Below the pieces are notes generated by a model. That model was not told the origin of the DNA, made no database searches, and saw only the letters and a program-made list of their open reading frames with translations. Below are positions 1-9,939 of a stretch of DNA of 64,000 nucleotides, in pieces (the first letter of the stretch is position 1; each line of letters opens with the position of its first letter). The DNA is from an uncultured Verrucomicrobiae bacterium. GTDB lineage: Bacteria; Verrucomicrobiota; Verrucomicrobiia; Chthoniobacterales; JAFAMB01. A program made the position numbers and the translations under genes. The stretch spans positions 704,001 through 768,000 of the forward strand of contig CAVXLD010000001.1 in assembly GCA_963762565.1 (NCBI GenBank). The letters run 5' to 3'.

Positions 1-1
1 T

Positions 2-1453
2 TACAAACAGGGACGATTAACCGGAGTGTTCACGGCAGACTTCACCACCAGCGATATCAATGTATTCCTGAACCGGGTCATTCAAGATCGTAAACTCTTG
101 CTTTTCGTCGATACGTTGTCCGGTGACACGCTCGGTGTCGCCGCAGAAATGTCGCTGCCGAGCGACGCCCTGCTGGCACAATCCCGGAAACTATACCAAC
201 TCGACCAATCCAAGCTGGGAACGGGGCATATCAGTTTTCGCTCCTTTCGGCTTGCCGGAGAGAGCTACGTTTCGGTGGTTACACCGTTTACCTTACCGAG
301 CGGCCTGACCTTTCTCACGGGCGTGGTGGGACTCGAAAGCGACTTCTTGGGCTCAGCCAGAAACAATCTGGCGATCACCGCCGTCATCGGTTTAGTTGCG
401 CTTGTCGCCGGCACGTTGTTTGCCATCTGGCTATCTCATCAGCTGGCGACACCACTCACTAAACTCAGTCACGACCTTGAGCAGGTAGGCAGATTTGAAC
501 TGACCAATCTGCCGCCACCGAGGTCTGCCGTGCGCGAAATTGTCATTGTCGGTGACTCGCTTGATCGCATGAAATCCGGGCTACGTTCCTTTGTAAAATA
601 CGTTCCCCGGGATGTGGTTAGAGATTTGATCCTGCAAAAACAAGATGCCGCTCGCGGTGGCGCGCTGCGCCGGCTCACTTTGTTTTTCTCGGACGTCGCC
701 GGTTTCACCAGGATCAGCGAGAATTTGAGTCCAACCGAAGTTTTTGCGGAGTTGGGCGATTATTTCGAACTGGTCACCGATATCGTCGTCGAAAGATTTG
801 GGGGAACGCTGGACAAGTTCGTTGGAGACGGGATCGTGGCGTTTTTTAACGCTCCCGGCGCAATGGAAAAGCACGCTGAGATCGCATGCCAAGCCGCTTT
901 GGAAGTGGTGAAAAAGCTTTCCGATATAGAGCCGGAGCGGCGTGCTGCCAACCGACCGATCTTCAAAACCCGGATTGGCTTGCATACCGGCGAGGTATTG
1001 GTCGGTAACATTGGAACCCAACAGCGATTGTCCTATTCGACTATTGGCGACGCGGTTAACTTATCGAGCCGATTGGAAGGGTTAAATAAGCTTTACGGCA
1101 CTTTGATTCTGGCGAGTGGCCAAACCAAGACCGAGACCGGCGGCCGGTTCGAGTGGAGGTTTGTGGATCGGGTGGCGGTCCTTGGACGAAGCCAGGGCAC
1201 CGATGTGTTTGAGTTACTCGGCTATCGGAACGCAGTGGCACCAAGCAAACTCGAGCTTCGAGATGAGTATGAGGATGGTCTCCAGAAATACTTCGAGGGA
1301 GATTTTCAAAGGGCCGCTCTCCACTTCGCAGCGGTTCTGGCGCAGAAGCCCGAAGATGGCGCCAGCCAGGTGCTGCTCGCTCGGTGCAACCAGCTTGCAC
1401 TCCGGCCTACCCCCGATCTGTGGTCGGGTATCTATGAACTGCTGGAGAAATAG
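2..1453 (+). CDS. Membrane class III adenylate/guanylate cyclase (sensor-TM-HAMP-cyclase-TPR-like tail), 5' end outside window
   Basis: Frame open from window start; TM helix then HAMP (LATPLTKLS...EIVIVGDSLDRM); cyclase motifs FFSDVAGFT, LDKFVGDG, RIGLHTGEV, GDAVNLSSRLEG. Confidence 0.9.
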   Translation, partial: YKQGRLTGVFTADFTTSDINVFLNRVIQDRKLLLFVDTLSGDTLGVAAEMSLPSDALLAQSRKLYQLDQSKLGTGHISFRSFRLAGESYVSVVTPFTLPSGLTFLTGVVGLESDFLGSARNNLAITAVIGLVALVAGTLFAIWLSHQLATPLTKLSHDLEQVGRFELTNLPPPRSAVREIVIVGDSLDRMKSGLRSFVKYVPRDVVRDLILQKQDAARGGALRRLTLFFSDVAGFTRISENLSPTEVFAELGDYFELVTDIVVERFGGTLDKFVGDGIVAFFNAPGAMEKHAEIACQAALEVVKKLSDIEPERRAANRPIFKTRIGLHTGEVLVGNIGTQQRLSYSTIGDAVNLSSRLEGLNKLYGTLILASGQTKTETGGRFEWRFVDRVAVLGRSQGTDVFELLGYRNAVAPSKLELRDEYEDGLQKYFEGDFQRAALHFAAVLAQKPEDGASQVLLARCNQLALRPTPDLWSGIYELLEK

Positions 1454-1581
1454 CGCACGGTTCGGGGGTTCGCGGTTCGTCCTCGTCCTCGATTGGGGCT
1501 CCAGGGCGGTTGGCCGTTTAGAGTTTCGTTCCCATGTCCTATTGGTCCCATAAGTCCCATCCGTGCTACGTCTCCTGGCTA

Positions 1582-1691
1582 CTAGTGTCCTGTCCCATAA
1601 ATGATGTGGCTTTCGCCGTCGGCCAGTTGGCTGTTTTTCAAGGCGCGAGCGACGCGCCCATATCTGGTTCCTACGGGTCGAGCGAGCAACG
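1582..1691. mobile_element. Truncated copy (left ~110 bp) of the MITE at 5725-6020
   Basis: CTAGTGTCCTGTCCCATAAATGATGTGGCTTTCGCC...GGGTCGAGCGAGCAACG aligns with few mismatches to the left part of 5725-6020. Confidence 0.85.
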
Positions 1692-1794
1692 ACGAGGACG
1701 AGAAACGACGCTGCAAACCGCCAACCGCCAACCGTGAACGGTGAACTCTTTCGGGCTTGCTAACCACCGCAGCTTCCTCGAAGAATCTTCACCA

Positions 1795-3021
1795 ATGTCG
1801 ATTGTCGTCCAAAAGTACGGCGGCAGCAGTGTGGCTGATGTCGGTAAGCTTCGTTTGGTGGCTGATCGGATCATGCGAACGAAGAAAGAGGGACACGACG
1901 TTGTGGTTGTCGTTTCCGCAATGGGCGACACGACGGACGACCTGCTCGCCTTAGCCAAACAGATCTCGGCTAACCCCGACCGGCGTGAACTCGATATGTT
2001 GTTGTCGGCGGGCGAAAGGATCTCGATGGCGCTGCTTTCGCTGGCCATACGTGAGTTGGGTGGAGACGCGATTAGTTTCACCGGTAGCCAGTCTGGTATC
2101 ATTACAAACGACCGCCATATCGATGCTCGAATCATCGAAGTACGACCGTTCCGGGTCCAGGACGAGCTAGCCAGGGGAAAAATCGTCGTGGTCGCAGGTT
2201 ATCAGGGTGTCTCGTATCGCAAAGAGATTACAACTCTTGGACGAGGCGGCAGTGATACCACTGCAGTAGCGATGGCAGCCGCGCTCGGAGCAGAGTGGTG
2301 TGAGATCTGCTCGGATGTCGACGGGGTATATACCGCTGACCCACGCGTGGTTCCTGCAGCTGAAAGGATCGGCGTTCTCTCTTACGAGGAAACTCAGGAG
2401 CTTGCTGAGTCCGGCGCTAAAGTTTTGAATGCTCAAGCGGTCGAGTTTGCCAAGGAAAAAGGGATCGCCATTTATGCCCGCGCCACCTCAGGCGCTCTCC
2501 CTGGTAAGGATCCTTCCCTGGATGGCACCGTGGTCCGAAAGCTGGCTCCTAGGTTGCCCGGGTCCGTGATCGGCGTGGCGAGTGAAAAAGAGGTGCTTTT
2601 GATTCAATCACGCAACATTAGCGGACTGTTGCAGGTAATGGATGATTTTGGCTGCCCAGGTAAGCAGCTCCATCTGTCCTCAACGGGCGGGGACCAAGAC
2701 GGTCTCACATTGGTGATCTCAAAAGAAAATCTGCATCAAGGCCCGAAACTGCAGGCACAATTAACCAAGCAGGACCCAGGCTCACACTGGAACGATGCGA
2801 TTGGAGCCGTCAGCATTATCGGAGCCGGCATTAACGCTTCTCACGACAAGGTGCGGCGCGGGTCGCAGGCATTGGAGAAAGCCGGCATTCGATACCACAG
2901 TTTAGCGACATCGTCTTTCCGGGTTACCTGGCTGGTGGACCGGGAAAAGGTCGAAGAGGCGGTCCGACTGCTTCACGGTTTGTTTATTGAGGCGAAAGAG
3001 CCGGTTGTGCCGTTGGAGTAA
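1795..3021 (+). CDS. lysC: Aspartate kinase
   Basis: [52 protein letters not shown]-terminal ACT-like region; start set at ATG 1795. Confidence 0.95.
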   Translation: MSIVVQKYGGSSVADVGKLRLVADRIMRTKKEGHDVVVVVSAMGDTTDDLLALAKQISANPDRRELDMLLSAGERISMALLSLAIRELGGDAISFTGSQSGIITNDRHIDARIIEVRPFRVQDELARGKIVVVAGYQGVSYRKEITTLGRGGSDTTAVAMAAALGAEWCEICSDVDGVYTADPRVVPAAERIGVLSYEETQELAESGAKVLNAQAVEFAKEKGIAIYARATSGALPGKDPSLDGTVVRKLAPRLPGSVIGVASEKEVLLIQSRNISGLLQVMDDFGCPGKQLHLSSTGGDQDGLTLVISKENLHQGPKLQAQLTKQDPGSHWNDAIGAVSIIGAGINASHDKVRRGSQALEKAGIRYHSLATSSFRVTWLVDREKVEEAVRLLHGLFIEAKEPVVPLE

Positions 3022-3042
3022 GGGGCCGTGGCCTTCGTACAC

Positions 3043-3292
3043 GTCCTCGTCCTCGACTTGGTGGGGCGAGGCTCCCGAACTTGTCTAACGGTTGGAACCA
3101 AGCGATCGGTAATGCCACCGTATCGTGCTGTTAGGCCTAAATTCGCGCCGAGCCGTGGTCCATGGTGGGCCACGGCTCGGCGCGCCTCTTGGTCTTGTTC
3201 ATTCAACTCTCGGCGTTCAAAACGTGCACCGCTGGTCGATTGTCACGCTCTTCGGGAGCCTCGCCCTACCAAGTCCAGAACGAGTACGAAGA
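3043..3292. repeat. REPIN-like palindrome: GTAG-type REP pair with CTCGTC arms
   Basis: GGTGGGGCGAGGCTCCCGAA (3060-3079) and TTCGGGAGCCTCGCCCTACC (3251-3270), flanked by CTCGTCCTCGACTTG / CAAGTCCAGAACGAG; internal hairpin GAGCCGTGGTCCA/TGGGCCACGGCTC. Confidence 0.8.
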
Positions 3293-3456
3293 GCAGTGGT
3301 CCAGCCACTTAGTCGAATCGGGCGCGGATTTCTCGCCTACCAGAAAAAAAGAAAAAGCTGGCTCGATCAGAGGGGGAACGGTTCTGGGGGCCAATCGAGC
3401 CAGCAATGAAACGCTATGAAAAATTGATTCCTATTCAACAATTTTTTTAGGGAATT

Positions 3457-4383
3457 TTACGGCGCCGCCAACCAAATCTCTACCACCCGATTTTTGTCAG
3501 GGGTTCCATGGCCGAAAAACTCTGAACCACCCATGCCAACGGCTCGAATCGTGTTTACGATCTTGGCTTGGGTCTCCAAAATCTTCTCGATAGCATCAGC
3601 GCGTTGCTTCGAGATCTCCATGTTTTGTGCTTGGTTCCCTTGCTTGTCTGCGTAGCCCGCGACCACGAACACAACGGTTGGGTCTTCGTAAAGCTTCTGA
3701 TATTCGGGCTTCTTCAAGTACTCTAACAGATGGTCGATCTGAAACTGCTCCGGACGGGCCTTCCCGGATGGGAACGGGATAATCGCGAGCTTGGTAAACC
3801 CGCGAGCTCGTTCAACTTGAGCGTAGAGATAGTCTCGTTCCTTCTGAGAAACGTCTTTCAGCAAGTCGATTCGGGACAACACTTCTTTTCGGACCTCCGC
3901 CTCCTCGGCTGCGTCATATTTCACGGTGGGAAACGCTTGAGCACTAGCGGAAGCTTGAGCCTCAGTATTTGACTGTTCGGCCGCGGACGCAGTGGGAGTT
4001 TCAGACGCCTGAGCCGGGGTCTCACCGGGAGTCGCTGTGGCTTCGGGCGTTGGTGACTGCGTTTCCTCCGGTGTGGTCAGAGGAGTCGGGGACGCGGCGG
4101 GCTCTGGAGTCGGCGTGGATGTCTCTGTCGGAACCGGTGTCGCCGTCGGAGTCGATTCCGGTGTCTGTACCGGAGATGGAGAGGGAGTGGCAATTGGCGT
4201 CGCTTGTTCTTGAGCTACATACGGAGTCGGAGACGCGCCCGTCTTCTGTAGGCCTCTGCCGATCAGTTGTATGTACGCGAAAATTCCGCCGGCTAAGAAG
4301 AAAATAACAGCGGCAAGAGCAAAAAGCGCCGGTGGTGACAACGCGATTTTTGGCTCACTATCCTTAGGGTTTTGGTCCGGCAT
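3457..4383 (-). CDS. OmpA/MotB-like peptidoglycan-binding membrane protein with Pro/Thr-rich linker
   Basis: One N-terminal TM, TP-rich linker, VAGYAD...NMEISKQRA...NRVVEIW; paralogue of 6083-6886. Confidence 0.85.
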   Translation of the reverse strand: MPDQNPKDSEPKIALSPPALFALAAVIFFLAGGIFAYIQLIGRGLQKTGASPTPYVAQEQATPIATPSPSPVQTPESTPTATPVPTETSTPTPEPAASPTPLTTPEETQSPTPEATATPGETPAQASETPTASAAEQSNTEAQASASAQAFPTVKYDAAEEAEVRKEVLSRIDLLKDVSQKERDYLYAQVERARGFTKLAIIPFPSGKARPEQFQIDHLLEYLKKPEYQKLYEDPTVVFVVAGYADKQGNQAQNMEISKQRADAIEKILETQAKIVNTIRAVGMGGSEFFGHGTPDKNRVVEIWLAAP

Positions 4384-4560
4384 AAGCTAACGCATCGAGA
4401 TAAAGGACGGGAACGACCAGCATATCTAAATAGATACGCGATGAGTGAGCAACGTGGAAAATTGACCCACCCCCGACGGAAGGGGTTTTAGGTTATACGT
4501 TTTAGGTTTTAGGTTTTAGGTTCCGAGCCGCACAACGAAAGCGGCAACCCAGCGCAGTCC

Positions 4561-5728
4561 CTAGTGTGTTGAAAGATAAGTCAGTAACATTAGTGTTGTA
4601 ATCAGTGTAGGCAAGCTGTAATAATGGGAGGATGGCGAAGGGACGACCGGTTAAACCAATTAGACTAAGCAAAGAGCAGGAAGAGAAACTGAGGTTAATC
4701 GAGCGGCGGCCTAGTAGTCAGCAGAGTTTGGCGCTGCGAGCCAAAGTGATATTGGAATGTGCTCAAGGCAAAAGCAATCTGGAGGTAGCCAAAGAATTAG
4801 GCGTTTGTCAGCACATGGTGGGGAAATGGAGGCGGCGCTTTATTGAGCAGTCCTTGGAAGGCTTAGTCGATGCGCCCCGCAGCGGAGCGCCACGAGAGAT
4901 CTCCGATGAGAAAGTAGAAGAAGTGGTGACAAAGACATTGGAGACTACGCCCGCTGCTAGAACCCATTGGAGCAGTTGGCTCATGGCTAAGGAAGCCGGC
5001 ATTTCCCAAGATTCGGTTCGACGGATCTGGCAAGCCTTCGGTTTAAAGCCGCACTTAGTAAAGAGCTTCAAACTCAGCACCGATCCGATGTTTGTCGAAA
5101 AGGTACGCGACATCGTGGGCTTATATTTATATCCGCCCCAGAAGGCCATCGTGCTGTGTGTCGATGAAAAGAGTCAAACCCAAGCTCTAGAAAGAACCCA
5201 GCTGATCTTGCCGATGAAGCCGGGCTACCCAGAGCGCCAGAGCCACGACTATTATCGTCAGGGGGTGGTTTCACTCTTTAGCGCTTACGAGGTAGCGACC
5301 GGTCGAGTCATTGGCAAATGCCACAGTCGTCATCGTGAAGAGGAATTCTTGAAATTTATGCAACTCATCGATACCAAATTCCCCGGCTCGGCTCCCATTC
5401 ACCTGGTGCTGGATAATTTGGCCACTCACAAGACGCCCCGAGTGCGCAACTGGTTTGCCCGCCGACCTCGATACGTTTTGCATTTTACCCCTACGGGCAG
5501 CTCCTGGATTAATCAGGTCGAACGCTGGTTTGCCAAAATCACTACTCAAGCCATTCGCCGTGGCAATTTCCGTTCCGTTAAACATCTCATCCAAGCCATC
5601 GACGACTATATCGCCCAGCACAACCAGGACCCAAAACCCTTCCAGTGGACCGCCACACCCGAGAGCATCTTCGCCAATCTAGAAGCCTCCCTAACTTAAT
5701 GTTACTTACTTATCTTTCAGCACACTAG
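4561..5728 (+). mobile_element. IS630-family insertion sequence, complete
   Basis: Ends CTAGTGTGTTGAAAGATAAGTCAGTAACATTA and reverse complement CTAGTGTGCTGAAAGATAAGTAAGTAACATTA (30/32 match including CTAG); CTAG site is typical of IS630. Confidence 0.93.
4632..5699 (+). CDS. IS630-family transposase
   Basis: N-terminal HTH, DAPRSGAPR, DDE motifs VDEKS / LVLDNLATH / NQVERWF; intact 355 aa. Confidence 0.95.
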   Translation: MAKGRPVKPIRLSKEQEEKLRLIERRPSSQQSLALRAKVILECAQGKSNLEVAKELGVCQHMVGKWRRRFIEQSLEGLVDAPRSGAPREISDEKVEEVVTKTLETTPAARTHWSSWLMAKEAGISQDSVRRIWQAFGLKPHLVKSFKLSTDPMFVEKVRDIVGLYLYPPQKAIVLCVDEKSQTQALERTQLILPMKPGYPERQSHDYYRQGVVSLFSAYEVATGRVIGKCHSRHREEEFLKFMQLIDTKFPGSAPIHLVLDNLATHKTPRVRNWFARRPRYVLHFTPTGSSWINQVERWFAKITTQAIRRGNFRSVKHLIQAIDDYIAQHNQDPKPFQWTATPESIFANLEASLT

Positions 5729-6020
5729 TGTCCTGTCCCATAAATAACGTGGCTTTCGCCGGCGGTCAGTTGGCTGTTTTTCAAGGCGCGAGCGAAGCGC
5801 CCCTATCTGGTTCATACGGGTCGAGCGAGCAACGCGGAAAAACAGCCAACTGGCCACGGCCCGGAGGGTTGCGATGAAAATGGGCCGGCGGCTGCGTTGC
5901 TCGTCGGTTACGTATCGATCAAGATATGCGCCCTCTACCGCCAGTCCGGCTCGGACCGCCTTGCCGGCGGCCCATTTTGATCGCAACGAAAGCCACGTTA
6001 TTTATGGGACAGGACACTAG
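5725..6020. mobile_element. Non-autonomous MITE (296 bp) with perfect 34-bp terminal inverted repeats
   Basis: CTAGTGTCCTGTCCCATAAATAACGTGGCTTTCG ... CGAAAGCCACGTTATTTATGGGACAGGACACTAG; two long internal hairpins; partial second copy at 1582. Confidence 0.88.
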
Positions 6021-6082
6021 GTCCAAAGCGCAACTTAAAACGTAAAACCTATAACTTATAACCTAGAACTTATAAGGCCTGC

Positions 6083-6886
6083 TCACGGCTGAACCGCCCA
6101 GACTTCGACGACCCGGTTCTTTTCCTTGTTCGTCTTGTCGAAGAGCTCTTGACCGCCCATCCCGATCGAGTGCATCAGATTGGTTAGCTTCAATCGGGCC
6201 TCAATCATTTTCTGTACGGACTCAGCTCGAGTTCGCGAGATTTCGAGGTTACTGGCTTCGTTGCCCTGAGTATCGGCGTACCCGACGAACATCAGGACAA
6301 CGGTTGGATCACTTAGCAGCTTTTGAACGCCTGCGTCCTGGATACGCTTGATCAGATCATCGATCTGAGCGGCGCCGGGCGCCGTACGGCCACTTTGAAA
6401 CGGGACGAGTGTGACTTTAGTGAAACCACGGGCCCGTTCGATCTGAGCGTAGAGCTGGTCTTTCTCCTTGTCGGAGAGGTTACGCATTAGGTCAACCCGC
6501 GTAAGCACTTCCCTGCGCGTGTCTTCCTCCTCCTTGGCGTCCGAGCTTGCCGCCGGTGAGTTCACCGTAACCGGCGTGCCGCTCGCCCCGGCGACCGCCG
6601 TTTCGTCTTTTATCGCCGTTGCTGTTATTGCTGCCGTCGGGCTCGTTCGTGCCGAAGTCGACGGGGTAGCACTGGCAACGACCGGACTGGCCTCCCCAGC
6701 ATGTCGTTTCGCCATCACGGCTTCATATACAATGAAGCCTGCTATCCCAAACGCGATTAGGGCAAAGAAGGTCGCTAGCCCCACAATGACCCAAACCCCG
6801 GATGGGGTCTTACTTTTCGGTTGAACTAACTTCTGGAATCCGTCGCCGAGGGACTGCTCGGCCGGATCAATGGGCTCTTTGGGCAT
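6083..6886 (-). CDS. OmpA/MotB-like membrane protein (paralogue of 3457-4383)
   Basis: TM, Ala/Thr linker, FVGYAD...NLEISRTRA...NRVVEVW. Confidence 0.85.
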   Translation of the reverse strand: MPKEPIDPAEQSLGDGFQKLVQPKSKTPSGVWVIVGLATFFALIAFGIAGFIVYEAVMAKRHAGEASPVVASATPSTSARTSPTAAITATAIKDETAVAGASGTPVTVNSPAASSDAKEEEDTRREVLTRVDLMRNLSDKEKDQLYAQIERARGFTKVTLVPFQSGRTAPGAAQIDDLIKRIQDAGVQKLLSDPTVVLMFVGYADTQGNEASNLEISRTRAESVQKMIEARLKLTNLMHSIGMGGQELFDKTNKEKNRVVEVWAVQP

Positions 6887-7004
6887 TATCTAGTGTAGTT
6901 TAGCCTTTCTCGCAGATAAATGCATCACGCATTAGCCTGCGCCTTCCGGAAATGCCTATATGCATTTGCGGGGGGCGCAGGCTGTGCCATTTTTGACCTC
7001 TCCT

Positions 7005-8369
7005 ATGAGCCAAAAGAAGGCCGGTTCAGATCGAATGGAAAAGATAGTCAGCTTATGCAAGCGGCGAGGCTTCGTTTTTCAATCGAGCGAAATTTATGGA
7101 GGATTAAATGGCTGCTGGGACTACGGGCCGCTGGGGGTCGAGTTAAGACGGAACCTCAAAGAATTCTGGTGGCGCCGGATGGTAAGGGAACGAGACGATG
7201 TCGTCGGTCTGGACGGATCGATCCTCATGAATCGACAGGTGTGGGTAGCAAGCGGGCATGAGACCACCTTCAGCGACCCTATGGTGGACTGTCGCAACTG
7301 TAAATCCCGGCTCAGAGCAGATCAGCTCCCGGAGAAAGATGGTCGGAAGCAATGCCCGGTCTGCGGCAGCTTCGACCTGACTGAACCCAGGGCGTTCAAC
7401 CTGATGTTTAAGACTTTTGTGGGCGCCACCGAAGATGACTCAGCGATTGCCTATCTCCGGCCTGAAACTGCGCAGGCGATCTTTGTACAGTTTCGAAACG
7501 TGCTTGAGGTCTCACGGAAGAAACTCCCGTTCGGTATCGCCCAAATCGGCAAGGCATTTCGAAACGAGATCAATCCGCGAAACTTCATTTTCAGGTCCCG
7601 CGAGTTCGAGCAGATGGAGTTAGAATATTTCTGCTTTCCGAGTCAAGGCCTTGAGCTGCTCGATTATTGGCTTAAGGAGCGGCTCCGCTTCTACGCCGAT
7701 ATCGGCTTGTCCTCCGATCAACTTCACGTTCATCAAATACCGCCTGAGGAGCGCTCCCATTATTCAAAGGGGACCTACGACATCGAATTCGAATTCCCAT
7801 TCGGGGTTCAGGAACTCGAAGGGATCGCTTACCGGACTGATTACGATTTGAGCCAACACCAAAAGTTCAGCGGAAAGCCATTGGAGTATTTTGACGAAGA
7901 GACCAAGTCGCATCTTGTGCCCCATGTAGTCGAGCCAAGTGCCGGCGTCGATCGGACGATGTTGGCGTTATTATGCGCAGCGTACGACGAAGAAACCGTC
8001 ACCGACGATAAAGGGAAATCGGAAACTAGAACGGTTCTCCGGTTTCACCCGCGAATCGCTCCGATCAAGTGCGGTGTATTTCCGTTGCTCAAAAACAACG
8101 AAGAGCTGGTCAGAAAGGCCAAAGAGATTGTGGAGATGCTGCGTGGGCAAATATCGGTTTTCTACGATGAGACCGGCGCGATTGGCCGGCGTTATCGCCG
8201 GCAAGACGAGGCGGGAACGCCTTTCGGGATTACCGTTGACTTCGATACGATCGGAGAAAATGGTCCGGCTAACCGGGACACGGTAACGGTTCGCTATCGC
8301 GATTCGATGGAGCAAAAGCGCTTGGCGATCGCTGAGGTACCGGCCTTTTTGCGGGAACAGGTCGCTTGA
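7005..8369 (+). CDS. glyQS: Glycine--tRNA ligase (alpha2 type)
   Basis: LCKRRGFVFQSSEIYGG, YLRPETAQ, FRNEI, FRSREFEQME, EPSAGVDR, IGRRYRRQDEAG. Confidence 0.96.
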   Translation: MSQKKAGSDRMEKIVSLCKRRGFVFQSSEIYGGLNGCWDYGPLGVELRRNLKEFWWRRMVRERDDVVGLDGSILMNRQVWVASGHETTFSDPMVDCRNCKSRLRADQLPEKDGRKQCPVCGSFDLTEPRAFNLMFKTFVGATEDDSAIAYLRPETAQAIFVQFRNVLEVSRKKLPFGIAQIGKAFRNEINPRNFIFRSREFEQMELEYFCFPSQGLELLDYWLKERLRFYADIGLSSDQLHVHQIPPEERSHYSKGTYDIEFEFPFGVQELEGIAYRTDYDLSQHQKFSGKPLEYFDEETKSHLVPHVVEPSAGVDRTMLALLCAAYDEETVTDDKGKSETRTVLRFHPRIAPIKCGVFPLLKNNEELVRKAKEIVEMLRGQISVFYDETGAIGRRYRRQDEAGTPFGITVDFDTIGENGPANRDTVTVRYRDSMEQKRLAIAEVPAFLREQVA

Positions 8370-8390
8370 GGACTTGCCGCTGGTCCCGCA

Positions 8391-8468
8391 AGTGGACGTA
8401 GTGGACTGAGTGGACGTCGTGGAGGAGCGAACCTTTCACTTCTCACCTCTCACTTTTCACTTCTCACT
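8391..8468. repeat. Short tandem repeats (GTGGAC 9-mer and TTCTCAC 7-mer)
   Basis: AGTGGACGTAGTGGACTGAGTGGACGTCGTGGA followed by TTTCACTTCTCACCTCTCACTTTTCACTTCTCAC. Confidence 0.7.
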
Positions 8469-8515
8469 GCTAAGTGGCGTCTCGTGCGCAAAATGTTATC
8501 TTACCCGGCCCGAAT

Positions 8516-9532
8516 ATGGCGTACTCTTTGGATGATGACGTAGCGGACAGTTCAGTATCGCTGATACGCTGGTTATTGCCGGCCGCGGCGCTTTCTCTGG
8601 TACTGCACGGCGCGCTTTTCTTCGGCTTCAGCAGAAAGATTCTACACAGTTTCGAAACCCCAAACACTCCTCGGCTGGTGCCAAGGGCTTTCAGTGTTAA
8701 TCGGGTGCAAATCGACGAGAAATTGTTGGAGGATCAGGGACAGGAAAGTAAGACTCTTACAAATAACGGCGCGGCCGGCGGCAGCACGAAAGGAGTCACT
8801 CAGTTTGATGGGTCTTTCGAGGAGGACATTAAAGAGCTCCGGGCGACTCCTCAGGTCAGCACACCGCAAGCTCCGGATTTCAAAGAAAAGCCAACCGTCG
8901 ATACCCAAGCGGCCAGGAATGCCGCCACCAAAGCTGAAGTGGAGAGCGCGTTGGTCATGGACAAGGAGCTGAGTGACGCCAGGCAAAAGCTGATCAATGA
9001 AAAGCCGGGTGTCACTGGTCCCAGGCCTAAGTTAGCAACCGGTAACAGGAAAAACCCGGGAAGAGCCGCTAGCGAGGAATCGGGTGACGGCAACATCTCA
9101 GGAGATTCGGGTATCCCATCAGGTTTTAGCAACCTCGATGAACTTCTGTCAGGTTCCGGCCGAGTTGGTAGCGGCACTGCACCGATCTTGATGCCGACCG
9201 ACCTGCTTTTCGAATTTGATTCTGCCGATCTGCGGGAAGGAGCGACGGCCAGCTTGCAGAAGCTGGGCCGGATCATCCAAAGAAATCCGCAAGCGGTCTT
9301 TAAAGTAGAAGGCTACACTGATTCCTTCGGCACTGAAGATTACAATATGGACCTTAGCCAAAGACGCGCTGAAACCGTGAAGGATTGGCTAGTGGAGAAC
9401 ATGAATATCGATCCAGCCCGTATCCAAGCCCAGGGATTCGGGAAGACCCACTTGCTGGTACCCGCTGATCGTTCGGTTGAGCAGCAGCAGTTAAATCGGC
9501 GGGTTGAGATCGTAATCCGCGCGAAAGGATAG
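8516..9532 (+). CDS. OmpA-family protein with N-terminal anchor
   Basis: SLVLH TM motif; LLFEFDSADL, VEGYTDSFG, LSQRRAETV, NRRVEI. Confidence 0.88.
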   Translation: MAYSLDDDVADSSVSLIRWLLPAAALSLVLHGALFFGFSRKILHSFETPNTPRLVPRAFSVNRVQIDEKLLEDQGQESKTLTNNGAAGGSTKGVTQFDGSFEEDIKELRATPQVSTPQAPDFKEKPTVDTQAARNAATKAEVESALVMDKELSDARQKLINEKPGVTGPRPKLATGNRKNPGRAASEESGDGNISGDSGIPSGFSNLDELLSGSGRVGSGTAPILMPTDLLFEFDSADLREGATASLQKLGRIIQRNPQAVFKVEGYTDSFGTEDYNMDLSQRRAETVKDWLVENMNIDPARIQAQGFGKTHLLVPADRSVEQQQLNRRVEIVIRAKG

Positions 9533-9537
9533 CCTGG

Positions 9538-9939
9538 TTGATTTTCGGCGTCCCGACCCCATATTCTCTGGTGAATCCGGGAGTAGAGGTTAGGTATAAA
9601 ATAGGTAACGAGCGCTTGGTTAAGGTCACCCAAAGGGCGGCAGCCAAGTTGGGCCAGCTTCTGGAACGTCAGGGTCGGCCTACTGGAGCGCTCAGGGTAG
9701 CGGTAATCGGAGGGGGCTGTTCCGGGTTACAGTACAAAATGGATCTCGTCGATGGCCCGATGAATCGCGACATTTTAGTAGAATCAAATCAAGTTCGGGT
9801 TGTGGTTGATCCAAAGAGCGCTTTGTTCGTCAGCGGTTCGCTCGTCGATTTCAGTGATGATCTGCAGAAGGGCGGGTTCAAAGTGACCAACCCTAACGCC
9901 GTCGCTCATTGCTCTTGTGGCGAGAGTTTCTCGGCATGA
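9538..9939 (+). CDS. iscA: Fe-S cluster A-type carrier (IscA/ErpA/HesB)
   Basis: GGGCSGLQY and CSCGESF motifs; start uncertain. Confidence 0.9.
   Translation: MIFGVPTPYSLVNPGVEVRYKIGNERLVKVTQRAAAKLGQLLERQGRPTGALRVAVIGGGCSGLQYKMDLVDGPMNRDILVESNQVRVVVDPKSALFVSGSLVDFSDDLQKGGFKVTNPNAVAHCSCGESFSA

Noticed and set aside
1454..1794. Lysine riboswitch upstream of lysC
   Set aside because: The region is explained by repeat elements and I could not see L-box consensus features; an Rfam scan would settle it.
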